From positions 1 through 64,000 of the forward strand of contig JAWXAQ010000008.1 of NCBI GenBank assembly GCA_034439575.1: DNA of 64,000 nucleotides. The letters are read 5' to 3'. Of the stretch, positions 20,872 through 31,935 are shown in pieces. Each line of letters opens with the position of its first letter. Within the stretch, counting starts at the first letter, position 1. The notes beneath the pieces were generated by a model. The model was not told the DNA's origin and did not search any database. It saw only the letters and a list, made by a program, of their open reading frames with translations. The DNA comes from Leptospira sp. (GTDB lineage Bacteria; Spirochaetota; Leptospiria; Leptospirales; Leptospiraceae). The position numbers were made by a program, and so were the translations under genes.

Positions 20872-20975
20872 GGGCTTGGTTCGCCATTTTGGCGAACGGG
20901 AGCGAATGCGCACCCCGAAGTAGCCCGACCCATTCTTAGATCCATACTTTGAAATGAAAAAAATCGGGAACGCCC
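20872..20975. repeat. GC-rich palindromic intergenic element
   Basis: GTTCGCCA-TTT-TGGCGAAC hairpin inside GGGCT...AGCCC; ends in GGGAACGCCC, also found at 7331-7340 (GGGAAGCCC at 2138-2146). Confidence 0.6.
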
Positions 20976-20980
20976 ATTAA

Positions 20981-21454
20981 CTAATTCTCTAAAGACTTTT
21001 CTTCATCAGATTCTAAAAATTCTTCGATGCAAGGAAAGAGAATTTCAGTTCGATCAATTTCTGAAACGGGACCAATTTCTCCACCATGCTTTCTCATCGT
21101 CATTGGCCTAAAATAATCATGATAATTTATCGTATAAATCATATCAGATAAATCTAAAGTATTTGGAGAAGACTGTCTGACTAAAGCGCTACAAGAAATA
21201 TAGGAACCATGTTTGGTTTTGTTTTTTCTATAAAAGGTAATTTTATAAATTCCCTCACTGGAATGAAATCGCTGCATTCGATTAGGAAATTGGTTCTTCT
21301 TTAATTCCAACCAATCATAAATATTCATTCCATTCGGTAACGGTATTGGATTCCTAGGATAAATTCTCTTTTCTGGCGGAAGGAGGCTCGCACAATTTGA
21401 GAAAATAAAGAATGAAGTAAAAACGAAAAATTTTATTAATTTAATAACATTCAT
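20981..21454 (-). CDS. Hypothetical lipoprotein
   Basis: Phe-rich signal peptide with FSNC lipobox. Confidence 0.65.
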   Translation of the reverse strand: MNVIKLIKFFVFTSFFIFSNCASLLPPEKRIYPRNPIPLPNGMNIYDWLELKKNQFPNRMQRFHSSEGIYKITFYRKNKTKHGSYISCSALVRQSSPNTLDLSDMIYTINYHDYFRPMTMRKHGGEIGPVSEIDRTEILFPCIEEFLESDEEKSLEN

Positions 21455-21597
21455 AAGTGCAATGTTATCGTAAAAAATTAAATTCTGCTATAGATGATTG
21501 CCACAATTGTGGAGAATACCTATATCGGAATGATTGTTTCACGTAACATAACATGGAACAATCGAAGAATAAAGCCAAAAATAACAAGTGTTTTTTA

Positions 21598-21987
21598 CTA
21601 TCTTTGTGACCATGCCGAACACCATCCTTTGGATGAAACCACACCCGTAGATATGATGTTACACTTTCCCCATGCTTCATTTAACTGATTAAACTGTGCG
21701 CAGTATTTGCATACTTGTTTGGCGGCAGAAGGACTTTTACGTTCTGGATAAAGATCAAAATTTGTTTGTTTTGCATCATGATGAAAACCAAGGGCAATGG
21801 CTGTCGGTTCTGTTTCTAAAACTGGGATTTCGCCATTTGGAAGGGGAGATTTTTCCAAACCTGATTCTTTTGTTTTCTCTTTAGAATCAAGCGAATCAAA
21901 TGATTTCAATATCATCGAAACAATAAGTAGAGACGATCCATAATGGATCGCCCCTTTCAAAAAACTTTTCCGAGTGAGTCTCTTCAT
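21598..21987 (-). CDS. High-potential iron-sulfur protein (HiPIP) with Tat-like signal
   Basis: EPTAIALGFHHDA...CKYCAQF...GKCNII...VSSKGWCSAW four-Cys HiPIP motif; TRKSFLK leader. Confidence 0.88.
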   Translation of the reverse strand: MKRLTRKSFLKGAIHYGSSLLIVSMILKSFDSLDSKEKTKESGLEKSPLPNGEIPVLETEPTAIALGFHHDAKQTNFDLYPERKSPSAAKQVCKYCAQFNQLNEAWGKCNIISTGVVSSKGWCSAWSQR

Positions 21988-21988
21988 A

Positions 21989-24235
<2,247 letters not shown>

Positions 24236-24331
24236 TTATACTAAGTATAAAATTAGATTAAATATAGTAAATTCTGGCAAGTAATTTTTTAGAATGAATC
24301 TAAATTTAAAGTAAATTTTAAAAACAGAATT

Positions 24332-25831
24332 TTATGGCAAAATGGTAATTCTTTCTTCCCAAGCATTCGCTATGGCAAATAGGGAATCCTTTTTATCCGG
24401 ATTCATTCTATTTAAATTTCCAACGAGCATCGAAGTTCTCGGATTTTTAAGAAAATGTTCTTTATGTTTTTCTACAAAGGACCAATACAAACCGTCGACA
24501 GCATTTTCCCATTCCCCTGATTTGTAATTTCCCATTTTTTTATAATAATTTGAACCGCATATGTAAGGTTTCGTGGAGAAAATTCCTCCATCACTAAATA
24601 AGGCCATACCAAAAACATTGGGTCCCATAACCCAATCCGAAGAATCTATAAACATTTCCATAAAGAAGCGATATGCTTCCTGCGGATTAATTTCAAAAAG
24701 TACCATAAGAGAGCCGACAACCATCAATCTTTCGATATGATGTGCATAAGCATATTCATTACATTTGCGAATTACATGATCTAGTGGTGCAATGTTTGTA
24801 TTCCCAACATACCAATGTTTGGTGAGTTTTCTTTTGTGATTGAAAAAATTTGTATTCCATTGCACTTCACTATAGTTTTGATAAATTCCTCGAATGAATT
24901 CCCGCCAACCAATGATTTGTCGAATAAATCCTTCTAAAGATGCAATGGGTATTTGATTATTTTCTGAAAACTTCAACGTTTCGCTGATCACTTCTTTCGG
25001 TGTTAGTAGTCCCACATTTAGAAATGGTGTGAGAATCGAATGTTGCAGAAAAGGAAACTCAGTTGACAGAGCATCTTCATAAGGACCAAAATCATGTAGC
25101 CTATGTTTTAGAAAATCGCGAAGCCAATCCTTCGCTCCCTTTCTTGTCGTCGGTAACCAGAAACATTCCACCTTACCTGGATGAGATGGAAAATGGTATT
25201 CTACTAAATCAAATACTTCTTTATCAACATTTGTGATTTCAATTTGTGGAATTGATGGTGGGAAATAGGTTTTTGGGATCTTTTTTCTGTTTTCTAAATC
25301 ATAGCTCCATTTACCACCTATTGGTAAATTTTTCTCATCTATCAAAATTTTCAATTTTTTACGTTGGTATTGGTAAAATGTTTTCATAAACGGTTTTGAT
25401 GATGTCGCCAAATAAGCATTAAATTCGGATCTGGTAGTTAAAAACATAGGCGATTTATGTTCAAAATACTTAACATTGCTAACATTTAGAATTTGTTTGA
25501 TGCGTTTTTCAAAGAATTTATCTTCGATTTCAAATAAATGGATTTCTGAAAAATTGTTTTTTATAAGAAATGAAGAAAATTTTTCATCATATGATTCATT
25601 TGATTTAATAAATGTTTCATAATGAACATTAAAACCAAATTCCCGTAATTCTTTTGCATAATTGCGCATAACCAAAAAGAAAAAGACGATTTTTTGTTTG
25701 TGAAAATGATAGTAGTTACATAACTCTTCATCTTCGCGCATAAAGATTGTATAATCTGCTCTGTTCTTCTCTGGAATGAGAGAAGAGAGATCAAAGAGTT
25801 GGTTTCCCAATATAAGTAATGCTTTTTTCAA
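24332..25831 (-). CDS. Cryptochrome/(6-4) photolyase of the PhrB/CryB group, lacking the Fe-S cysteines
   Basis: LILGNQLF, FHKQK, GGKWSYD, RQIIGWREFIRG, YAHHIERLM, WVMGPNVFGM, KPYICGSNY. Confidence 0.9.
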   Translation of the reverse strand: MKKALLILGNQLFDLSSLIPEKNRADYTIFMREDEELCNYYHFHKQKIVFFFLVMRNYAKELREFGFNVHYETFIKSNESYDEKFSSFLIKNNFSEIHLFEIEDKFFEKRIKQILNVSNVKYFEHKSPMFLTTRSEFNAYLATSSKPFMKTFYQYQRKKLKILIDEKNLPIGGKWSYDLENRKKIPKTYFPPSIPQIEITNVDKEVFDLVEYHFPSHPGKVECFWLPTTRKGAKDWLRDFLKHRLHDFGPYEDALSTEFPFLQHSILTPFLNVGLLTPKEVISETLKFSENNQIPIASLEGFIRQIIGWREFIRGIYQNYSEVQWNTNFFNHKRKLTKHWYVGNTNIAPLDHVIRKCNEYAYAHHIERLMVVGSLMVLFEINPQEAYRFFMEMFIDSSDWVMGPNVFGMALFSDGGIFSTKPYICGSNYYKKMGNYKSGEWENAVDGLYWSFVEKHKEHFLKNPRTSMLVGNLNRMNPDKKDSLFAIANAWEERITILP

Positions 25832-25946
25832 TATTAATTAAGAATCAAAAATTATCTAATTAAGAACTATAAGATACAGATCCTATTAATAATTTAGACT
25901 TAAAAGTTTATGAAAAATTTTGAATCATTTGCGATTAAATAAATTT

Positions 25947-26531
25947 CTATAAACCTAGCCAAATCTTTAGAGGAATTTTTGCTGTGGGTAAGAGAACTAA
26001 AATACCGATGGCAAAAACTATATAAAGAGTTTTGATTTTCTTCATAGGAAATTCTGAGTCTCCACCACGTTTTAACTGTAGATAGGCGACAATAGACATA
26101 GCAAAAACCAATTCAATTAAAACCGCGATGTAAGGAACACTCGTGTAGGTATTAAAACCTATAGGTTGAGATTCATACCACATAACTTGATGCGCATAAC
26201 CAACGATATAGTCACAAAGTACGTGAATTACTACAAGGGAGACACACCAAAGCATCAGTTTGAGATTTCTATATATGATTAGAATCAATAAGCCTGTCAC
26301 TACGGATTGAATCAATGCGGGTACTAAGTTGTGGCTGTATTTCATATCCACTTGTAGATTTGATAATGCCGCATCCAGTATAGAAGATGGCAAGGTCGGC
26401 TCAAGACCAATTGTTGCCAGAAGTAACCAAAGGAATTCTGGAATTTGAGCGCATAACAAAAATAACCAAAAGGGAGCTTTGACTTTATGAGCTACAGGAA
26501 TTAAGGCGGCAGCGTAATGTCCGATAACCAT
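25947..26531 (-). CDS. Membrane protein, possible metal-dependent hydrolase (YdjM-like)
   Basis: GH..., YSHNL, HVLCD His/Asp motifs in a polytopic membrane protein. Confidence 0.6.
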   Translation of the reverse strand: MVIGHYAAALIPVAHKVKAPFWLFLLCAQIPEFLWLLLATIGLEPTLPSSILDAALSNLQVDMKYSHNLVPALIQSVVTGLLILIIYRNLKLMLWCVSLVVIHVLCDYIVGYAHQVMWYESQPIGFNTYTSVPYIAVLIELVFAMSIVAYLQLKRGGDSEFPMKKIKTLYIVFAIGILVLLPTAKIPLKIWLGL

Positions 26532-26808
26532 TAGAACTTCCCTGATTTGGATTTACTTTTTACTATTTTATTTATGTACCAAAAGAAAATCGCGTAAAAT
26601 ACAATCAGTCCGCCAATCAATGGAGTCATAATCCGAATTTACATTCGATGTCAATCGTTTGCAAGGAAAAAATAACTCAGCAATTTTCTCTAAGAGCAAA
26701 TTCAGAAATAACTATTAAAGATTAGATTTGGATATTCTTAGTTAGGTTATTCTTGGTTGTATAGGTTTGATTGGGATCCTGGTTTTAGAATCCCAATTAA
26801 AAAAATGA

Positions 26809-27537
26809 CTAATTGTTAAAATTGGCCGTGAATTTAATGGTCTGGTTCACAGGTTTTCCCCCAACGGTTCCAGTTACGACAGCATTTTCTTCTAAAGTTC
26901 CAGTAAAGCTAGTAGATGATAATTGTATGATGGTAAATTTTGATTTATCTCTCTTGAATATAAGATCAAATTCTGGTGAAGCGATTCCATTTACTTTGTA
27001 ATCACTCGATTTCATACTTTCTGTTCCGCTCATTATGACTGTGGTGGTATCACCATTTTTTGTGGTTTCTTGACTCGATTCTACATTTCTTAAAATTGAA
27101 CCTTCAATAACTATTTCTGTAGGTGTCGCTTCACCATTAGATCCTATCGCTGCTACTCTTTGTTTACATGCATTAAAGGTCATAGTCAAATTCGAAAGCG
27201 AAAACTTGATAAGATTCGAATTAACAGGAGTCGCAGTAAAGGTACCATTAAAACTCTGCGTTCCACCTAACATACAATTTTGTGTCATAGTGGCAGTTTT
27301 TTTATTGTCATTTCTTGAAATTCCATTTGAGTTATGAACGCTCCTAGTTCCACTCTGGCCACCTAAAGGATTGATAGCACCTAGTATTTGTGTAAGCTGA
27401 TTTGTTGTTTGTTGATACTCTGCTGAAGAGTTAATTAATGTTAAGGCAAAATATTCCTTATTTTTGTTTTTGTTCTCTTGTGAGCAAGATAAAAATATTG
27501 TTAAGGCCGCTATTAATATCATTTTTAATTGAATCAT
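26809..27537 (-). CDS. Hypothetical lipoprotein
   Basis: AGGAGA RBS; FLSC lipobox; beta-rich body. Confidence 0.75.
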   Translation of the reverse strand: MIQLKMILIAALTIFLSCSQENKNKNKEYFALTLINSSAEYQQTTNQLTQILGAINPLGGQSGTRSVHNSNGISRNDNKKTATMTQNCMLGGTQSFNGTFTATPVNSNLIKFSLSNLTMTFNACKQRVAAIGSNGEATPTEIVIEGSILRNVESSQETTKNGDTTTVIMSGTESMKSSDYKVNGIASPEFDLIFKRDKSKFTIIQLSSTSFTGTLEENAVVTGTVGGKPVNQTIKFTANFNN

Positions 27538-27570
27538 GTACGAATCTCCTTTCGATTGAATCTAAAAGGT

Positions 27571-27598
27571 AATACTATTATCAAAATCAATTGCGCCA
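27571..27598 (-). promoter_or_regulatory. Putative ECF-sigma promoter TGGCG-N18-GTATT
   Basis: Same boxes and spacing as the motif upstream of the ECF sigma gene (28497-28524). Confidence 0.55.
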
Positions 27599-27605
27599 AA
27601 ATTTT

Positions 27606-28487
27606 TTAAAAAATCCAATTTAATGTTATCAGAGTAGAATGCCCCCCATCTGTATTTGTTATATGGATAGATTTTGGAATAGCGCTGTGGTGAAAATATT
27701 GGCTTAATCCGATGTCAATGGCAATGGTGGCTATAAGAGCTGAAGCATAAAGATTTCTATTGTGATAAAATGTGGACTCTTCTAATATATTATTTTGCGA
27801 TGTGACAATCATTTGTTGCCCAGTGTAATTAAAATAAATAACTGGTAAGGGGCTCTTAAGATTTCCACTGATTATTGAATAAGTTATATAATCAAACCTG
27901 GCCTCAGTAGATGGTCCAAAATTTGTAACATATTTTTTTGGTTCATCAAAAAATTCAATACCTTTATACATTAAAAAAATCTCACTTATTGAAGTTACAA
28001 CACCTAAACTACTTTCCAATGAATCATTTGATATTATCATTGGAGACCATCCTGGAATGATGGATTGAAAAAATTTACCCGTACGAGTCATAAAAAAGTT
28101 AGAATCTTGATCTTTGATTTCATGCTCATTACTTCCTTCAGATCTTATCAATGAAGTTTCAATTGCCGAGTTATGGTAATTATAAATATTAGAATATACG
28201 GGAATTATACTCTGATTAGTTTTCTTACGATTAGATAGACTTGTTTTATGGGGCAAATTTTGTTCTTTTTGGGATATTATGCTTTTAATTTCAAAAAATT
28301 TAATTTCATTAATTTGTTTTCCAATAGTATACTCTACGTTTTTATTTGGTTTAAGTTTAACATGGTCCACAATTAATTTTTTACCATTTTTCAGAATTAG
28401 TATCTCGGAGCCGAGCATTGGAGGGAATAGAATCAAACCAATAAAGCAAATAAGCATAATGAAATTTTGATTGTGAATAATAATCAT
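27606..28487 (-). CDS. Exported hypothetical protein
   Basis: Signal peptide then EILILKNGKKL N-terminal motif; SIIPGW motif; terminal Phe. Confidence 0.65.
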   Translation of the reverse strand: MIIIHNQNFIMLICFIGLILFPPMLGSEILILKNGKKLIVDHVKLKPNKNVEYTIGKQINEIKFFEIKSIISQKEQNLPHKTSLSNRKKTNQSIIPVYSNIYNYHNSAIETSLIRSEGSNEHEIKDQDSNFFMTRTGKFFQSIIPGWSPMIISNDSLESSLGVVTSISEIFLMYKGIEFFDEPKKYVTNFGPSTEARFDYITYSIISGNLKSPLPVIYFNYTGQQMIVTSQNNILEESTFYHNRNLYASALIATIAIDIGLSQYFHHSAIPKSIHITNTDGGHSTLITLNWIF

Positions 28488-28496
28488 AGAAAAAAA

Positions 28497-28524
28497 TGGC
28501 GATCTCCTTCGTTAGATACGTATT
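28497..28524 (+). promoter_or_regulatory. Putative autoregulatory ECF-sigma promoter TGGCG-N18-GTATT
   Basis: Ends 24 nt before the sigma ATG; duplicated at 27598-27571. Confidence 0.55.
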
Positions 28525-28548
28525 GAATATGTAGGCAAATGATTTCTA

Positions 28549-29094
28549 ATGAACTCAAGTTTAGGGAACGCAGAGTACATATACATAAACTATTACAATC
28601 GGCTCAAGTATTTCTTTCAAAAATCTGGAATATCTCCTGAAACTGCGGAAGAACTAAGCCAAGATACAATCGTGAAGGTATACTCAAATCATGATAAGTA
28701 TCAAGAAACATTGGGTAAAGAAAGTTCTTGGATCTATGCAATAGCCAGAAACGAAATGATAAATTATTTTCGAAAAACGAAAAAAGAAGAATTATATATT
28801 GATAATCAAGCAAATGAACTGATATTTAATTCATATTCAAAAGTATTGCTTGAGGAAGATAAGGATGAAACCTTAAATGCTTTGAGAACGGCGATCAAAG
28901 AACTCAAAGAACCTGAAAAAAGTATAATATTATTACATTGTATTCAAGGCAAGACTATAGCCGAAACGGCAAAGTATACTGGGATATCTCAACGAACTAT
29001 AAGTAGGCGACTCGTATCAGCTCTTATCCTTTTGAAAGATGATCTAAAATCTAAGGGTATCAACAAAGAAATTTTGGCAGGGTTAACAGAATGA
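28549..29094 (+). CDS. ECF RNA polymerase sigma factor
   Basis: AEELSQDT, SSWIYAIARN, region 4 GKTIAETAKYTGISQRTISRRL. Confidence 0.93.
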   Translation: MNSSLGNAEYIYINYYNRLKYFFQKSGISPETAEELSQDTIVKVYSNHDKYQETLGKESSWIYAIARNEMINYFRKTKKEELYIDNQANELIFNSYSKVLLEEDKDETLNALRTAIKELKEPEKSIILLHCIQGKTIAETAKYTGISQRTISRRLVSALILLKDDLKSKGINKEILAGLTE

Positions 29095-30128
29095 ATCATA
29101 AGCGTATTGAAAAATTAGCTAAAATATTTGATTCTAAAACAAACCCTACTGAAATAGCTGATATATTAAAAGATCAAGATATTAGAAAAGAGTATTTCTC
29201 TTTGATGTTTGTTAAGGCTAAATTAGGTGAATTACCACCTAAAGAATTTCAAATTCCTTTTGTTCCTAAGATGACTATTTGGAAACAAGCGGCTCCATTA
29301 ATATTTTTGGCTGCATCAATGTTAATTGTTATATCTTCGTCCGTTTTGTATAATTTTTTTGGAAATAATATTGAATCGTATAGTCGAGTGATTAGCTCAC
29401 ATGGAAATTGTTTCCAAGTATATGAAAATAACGAATTAATACGATATTCTTCTTATCAAAATTCATATTGTGATATTGAAATCAATAAGTATGGTAAGTT
29501 ATCCTTGCGTATATTCCCAAATACAGAGGCTAAATTTTCTATAAAAGGAAACCAGTTAGTTATATCTATATACACTGGTTCAATTTTGGTTACATCCAGC
29601 AAAAGAGAAAAAAATATAAATATAGAAGTTCGTGCTAACCACTTAAGAGCTGTTTTGTTAGGCACTTCTTTCTATATAAAAGTAACTGCATCAGAAGAAA
29701 GACTTTCGCTTGTAGAAGGTTCGCTTATGGTCAGGTCAAATAATCAAATCGAATCTGAAAGTAAACTCATACATGCTGGTGACTTTATCCTTTACAATCC
29801 ATCATCAACAAATTCAAATTCCTTGAATGAAGGAAAGCTTACAGGCATGGAAGTAGAATTCATCAAAAATTTGGCAAGAATTGAAAAATCCACATCTCCA
29901 AATAACAAATCGTCGACAGAATTAAACTTATCGATTCTTCGAAATTTTGAAGAATCGAATGATTATTTTAATTATCCATATGTATCATTGACGGAAACTA
30001 ATGGAAAAAAATGGGAAGGATATTTAATTGAATTGGCTGATCATTATTCTCTTTTCGTAGTAGGTATAGGAAAAATTCGTATCGAACGATCCAATGTGAA
30101 AACTATGGAAACCATTCGAACTTATTGA
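29091..30128 (+). CDS. FecR-domain anti-sigma factor
   Basis: ATGA overlap with the sigma gene; single TM helix; AVLLGTSF...LSLVEGSL FecR motif. Confidence 0.85.
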   Translation: MNHKRIEKLAKIFDSKTNPTEIADILKDQDIRKEYFSLMFVKAKLGELPPKEFQIPFVPKMTIWKQAAPLIFLAASMLIVISSSVLYNFFGNNIESYSRVISSHGNCFQVYENNELIRYSSYQNSYCDIEINKYGKLSLRIFPNTEAKFSIKGNQLVISIYTGSILVTSSKREKNINIEVRANHLRAVLLGTSFYIKVTASEERLSLVEGSLMVRSNNQIESESKLIHAGDFILYNPSSTNSNSLNEGKLTGMEVEFIKNLARIEKSTSPNNKSSTELNLSILRNFEESNDYFNYPYVSLTETNGKKWEGYLIELADHYSLFVVGIGKIRIERSNVKTMETIRTY

Positions 30129-30457
30129 AGTGGTTTCACTTCTTTAATATCACAAGTGGCAAGTACTGCTAGATCATTACCAAGGATTCGGAGTAGGTTA
30201 AGCCTTTGTTTGCAATCGTCTAAACTCCCTCTTGTATAATAGGAAGACTCATTGATGCCAGCTATGATTTTTATAAGAAAAGAATTAATAGCAGCATCAA
30301 CTATATTCGTTGGTACTAAATATGCCTCAATCGCTGTTTTAACATCCTTACCACTCACCTTATCATCGTTCAATTTTGTTAAGGGAGGTTTGTTACAGTT
30401 ATAGGTAATCGAGATTAAAAAAAGGAGAAGGAATAATTGTGTCAATTTATGTTTCAT
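30122..30457 (-). CDS. Small Leptospira lipoprotein (TIGR04452 YY-C type)
   Basis: YNC lipobox; VSGKDVK...YYTRGSLDDC...CDIK. Confidence 0.75.
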   Translation of the reverse strand: MKHKLTQLFLLLFLISITYNCNKPPLTKLNDDKVSGKDVKTAIEAYLVPTNIVDAAINSFLIKIIAGINESSYYTRGSLDDCKQRLNLLRILGNDLAVLATCDIKEVKPLQ

Positions 30458-30550
30458 AATGTTGCATCAATTGTTCTATGAAAAATTAATTAATCAAGTG
30501 AATAGTTTTTTAAATTTGAGAAAAAAACATTAAATTAATAAGTATTTTTG

Positions 30551-31040
30551 TTATGCAAATTGCCAATTTTCAAATAAAGATTTTGTTTTTTCATCCGCAG
30601 GAATTAGGGATTCAATCCTAAGTTCTTGAGTGGTTAAATCAAGCGGTGTACCCAAAGTCGTAATCGTAGTAAAAAAATTTGCCTTTGCGTCTTGCCATTG
30701 AAAGGTAAGGGGCAATACGGGTATAAGATCATCTTTATCTTTTGGAGATTCATTATAGATCGGGTGCATAGAATTTATTTCTTTGTAAAATGAAATTATC
30801 TTCTCACTTTGCGCGGATATAACCTATCAAATAATATTGTTAATAAAAAATTTGAATTCTATCCCAATTACAAATAAACTTAGACAAACCATTTGGTTCA
30901 AATATCAAATTCATATTATTCATATTTAGTTTTGAATAATATTTTTAACTTGGTTTTGATCTTCCCGTTATAAGAAAGCTTAGGTGTTTGGTGAAAATTC
31001 CTACATCGAATGCTAATTGGCTGAGTCTTTTTAGATTTCG
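30551..31040 (-). pseudogene. Decayed MmyB-like XRE-family transcriptional regulator
   Basis: HTH remnant RLSQLAFDVGIFTKHLSFLITGRSKPS* (~31040-30945) and ligand-binding-domain tail FFTTITTLGTPLDLTTQELRIESLIPAD (ORF 30769-30551), separated by stops. Confidence 0.8.
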
Positions 31041-31157
31041 TAAAACTGTGATTGATGGATTTCAAAAACACAAACTTATAGATAAACTAAATCATTGGTA
31101 TTCGAATAGGATTTTGTTTGTTTGAATTTTGTTGGAAAATAAATTTTAATATTATTT

Positions 31158-31808
31158 TCATTTCATTCCGATATATGCATATTCTGTGACGGTTTGAATG
31201 AAATTTTCCATTTCAGATATATCATTTTTTATCTTCAATCGTCCCTCTAAAAAAAGCATTGTTATACCATGAATCATCGCCCAAGAAGCTAAAGTTTTTT
31301 CTCTAGTTTTATCTTTCTCTAAATAGCCAAGGTTTTGACCCAATCGAATGATGTCATGTAACTGGCGATATGTTCTTTTTGAAACTGCCGATAAAGCTGG
31401 GTTACTATTTAAATCTATACCTATACCACCAAACATGATTCTTGCGAATTGTTTATGGGTCATGATAAATTGAAAATAAGTCCAGCCGAGTGCTTTGAAA
31501 CGGCCTTTAAAATCCTGGTCTGTCCTTTTTAATTCAGTTTGATACGTTTCAAAATATTTTTGAAATCCGATTTCCGCAATGGCTGAAAATAACGCTTGTT
31601 TGTTTTCGAAATGGTGGTAGGACGCAACATGGCTAACACCTGCGATTTTTGCCACATTACGTAGCGAAATCTCTTCTATGGAATTTGTATTTAATAATTG
31701 AATCCCAGCTTCGATAAGCGCCTCTCTCACATCGAGCGCATCCTTTTTGAAGGGTCTACCTACGGATAATGGCTTTTTTTTAAGTTTAGTTTCTTTTTTT
31801 TTGGCCAT
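31158..31808 (-). CDS. TetR/AcrR-family regulator (WHG-type C-terminal domain)
   Basis: ISLRNVAKIAGVSHVASYHHFENK; WAMIHG. Confidence 0.93.
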   Translation of the reverse strand: MAKKKETKLKKKPLSVGRPFKKDALDVREALIEAGIQLLNTNSIEEISLRNVAKIAGVSHVASYHHFENKQALFSAIAEIGFQKYFETYQTELKRTDQDFKGRFKALGWTYFQFIMTHKQFARIMFGGIGIDLNSNPALSAVSKRTYRQLHDIIRLGQNLGYLEKDKTREKTLASWAMIHGITMLFLEGRLKIKNDISEMENFIQTVTEYAYIGMK

Positions 31809-31846
31809 GATTCTATGATTATTTGGATATAATTTGTTGGAAACAC

Positions 31847-31867
31847 TTATTTACCGTTGGTAAATAA
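31847..31867. promoter_or_regulatory. Putative TetR operator 1
   Basis: Perfect inverted repeat TTATTTACC-GTT-GGTAAATAA in the divergent tetR/fadH gap. Confidence 0.7.
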
Positions 31868-31893
31868 TGGGATTGCTTTGAAATACGAATATA

Positions 31894-31906
31894 TTACCAA
31901 TGGTAA
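31894..31906. promoter_or_regulatory. Putative TetR operator 2
   Basis: TTACC-AAT-GGTAA, same core as operator 1. Confidence 0.65.
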
Positions 31907-31935
31907 ATTAATGATCATTCTTTGGGAAAAATCAA

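Noticed and set aside
2-20975. Intergenic palindromes as integron attC sites or CRISPR repeats
   Set aside because: No RYYYAAC...GTTRRRY boundaries, no regular repeat-spacer periodicity, and no integrase or cas gene in the window
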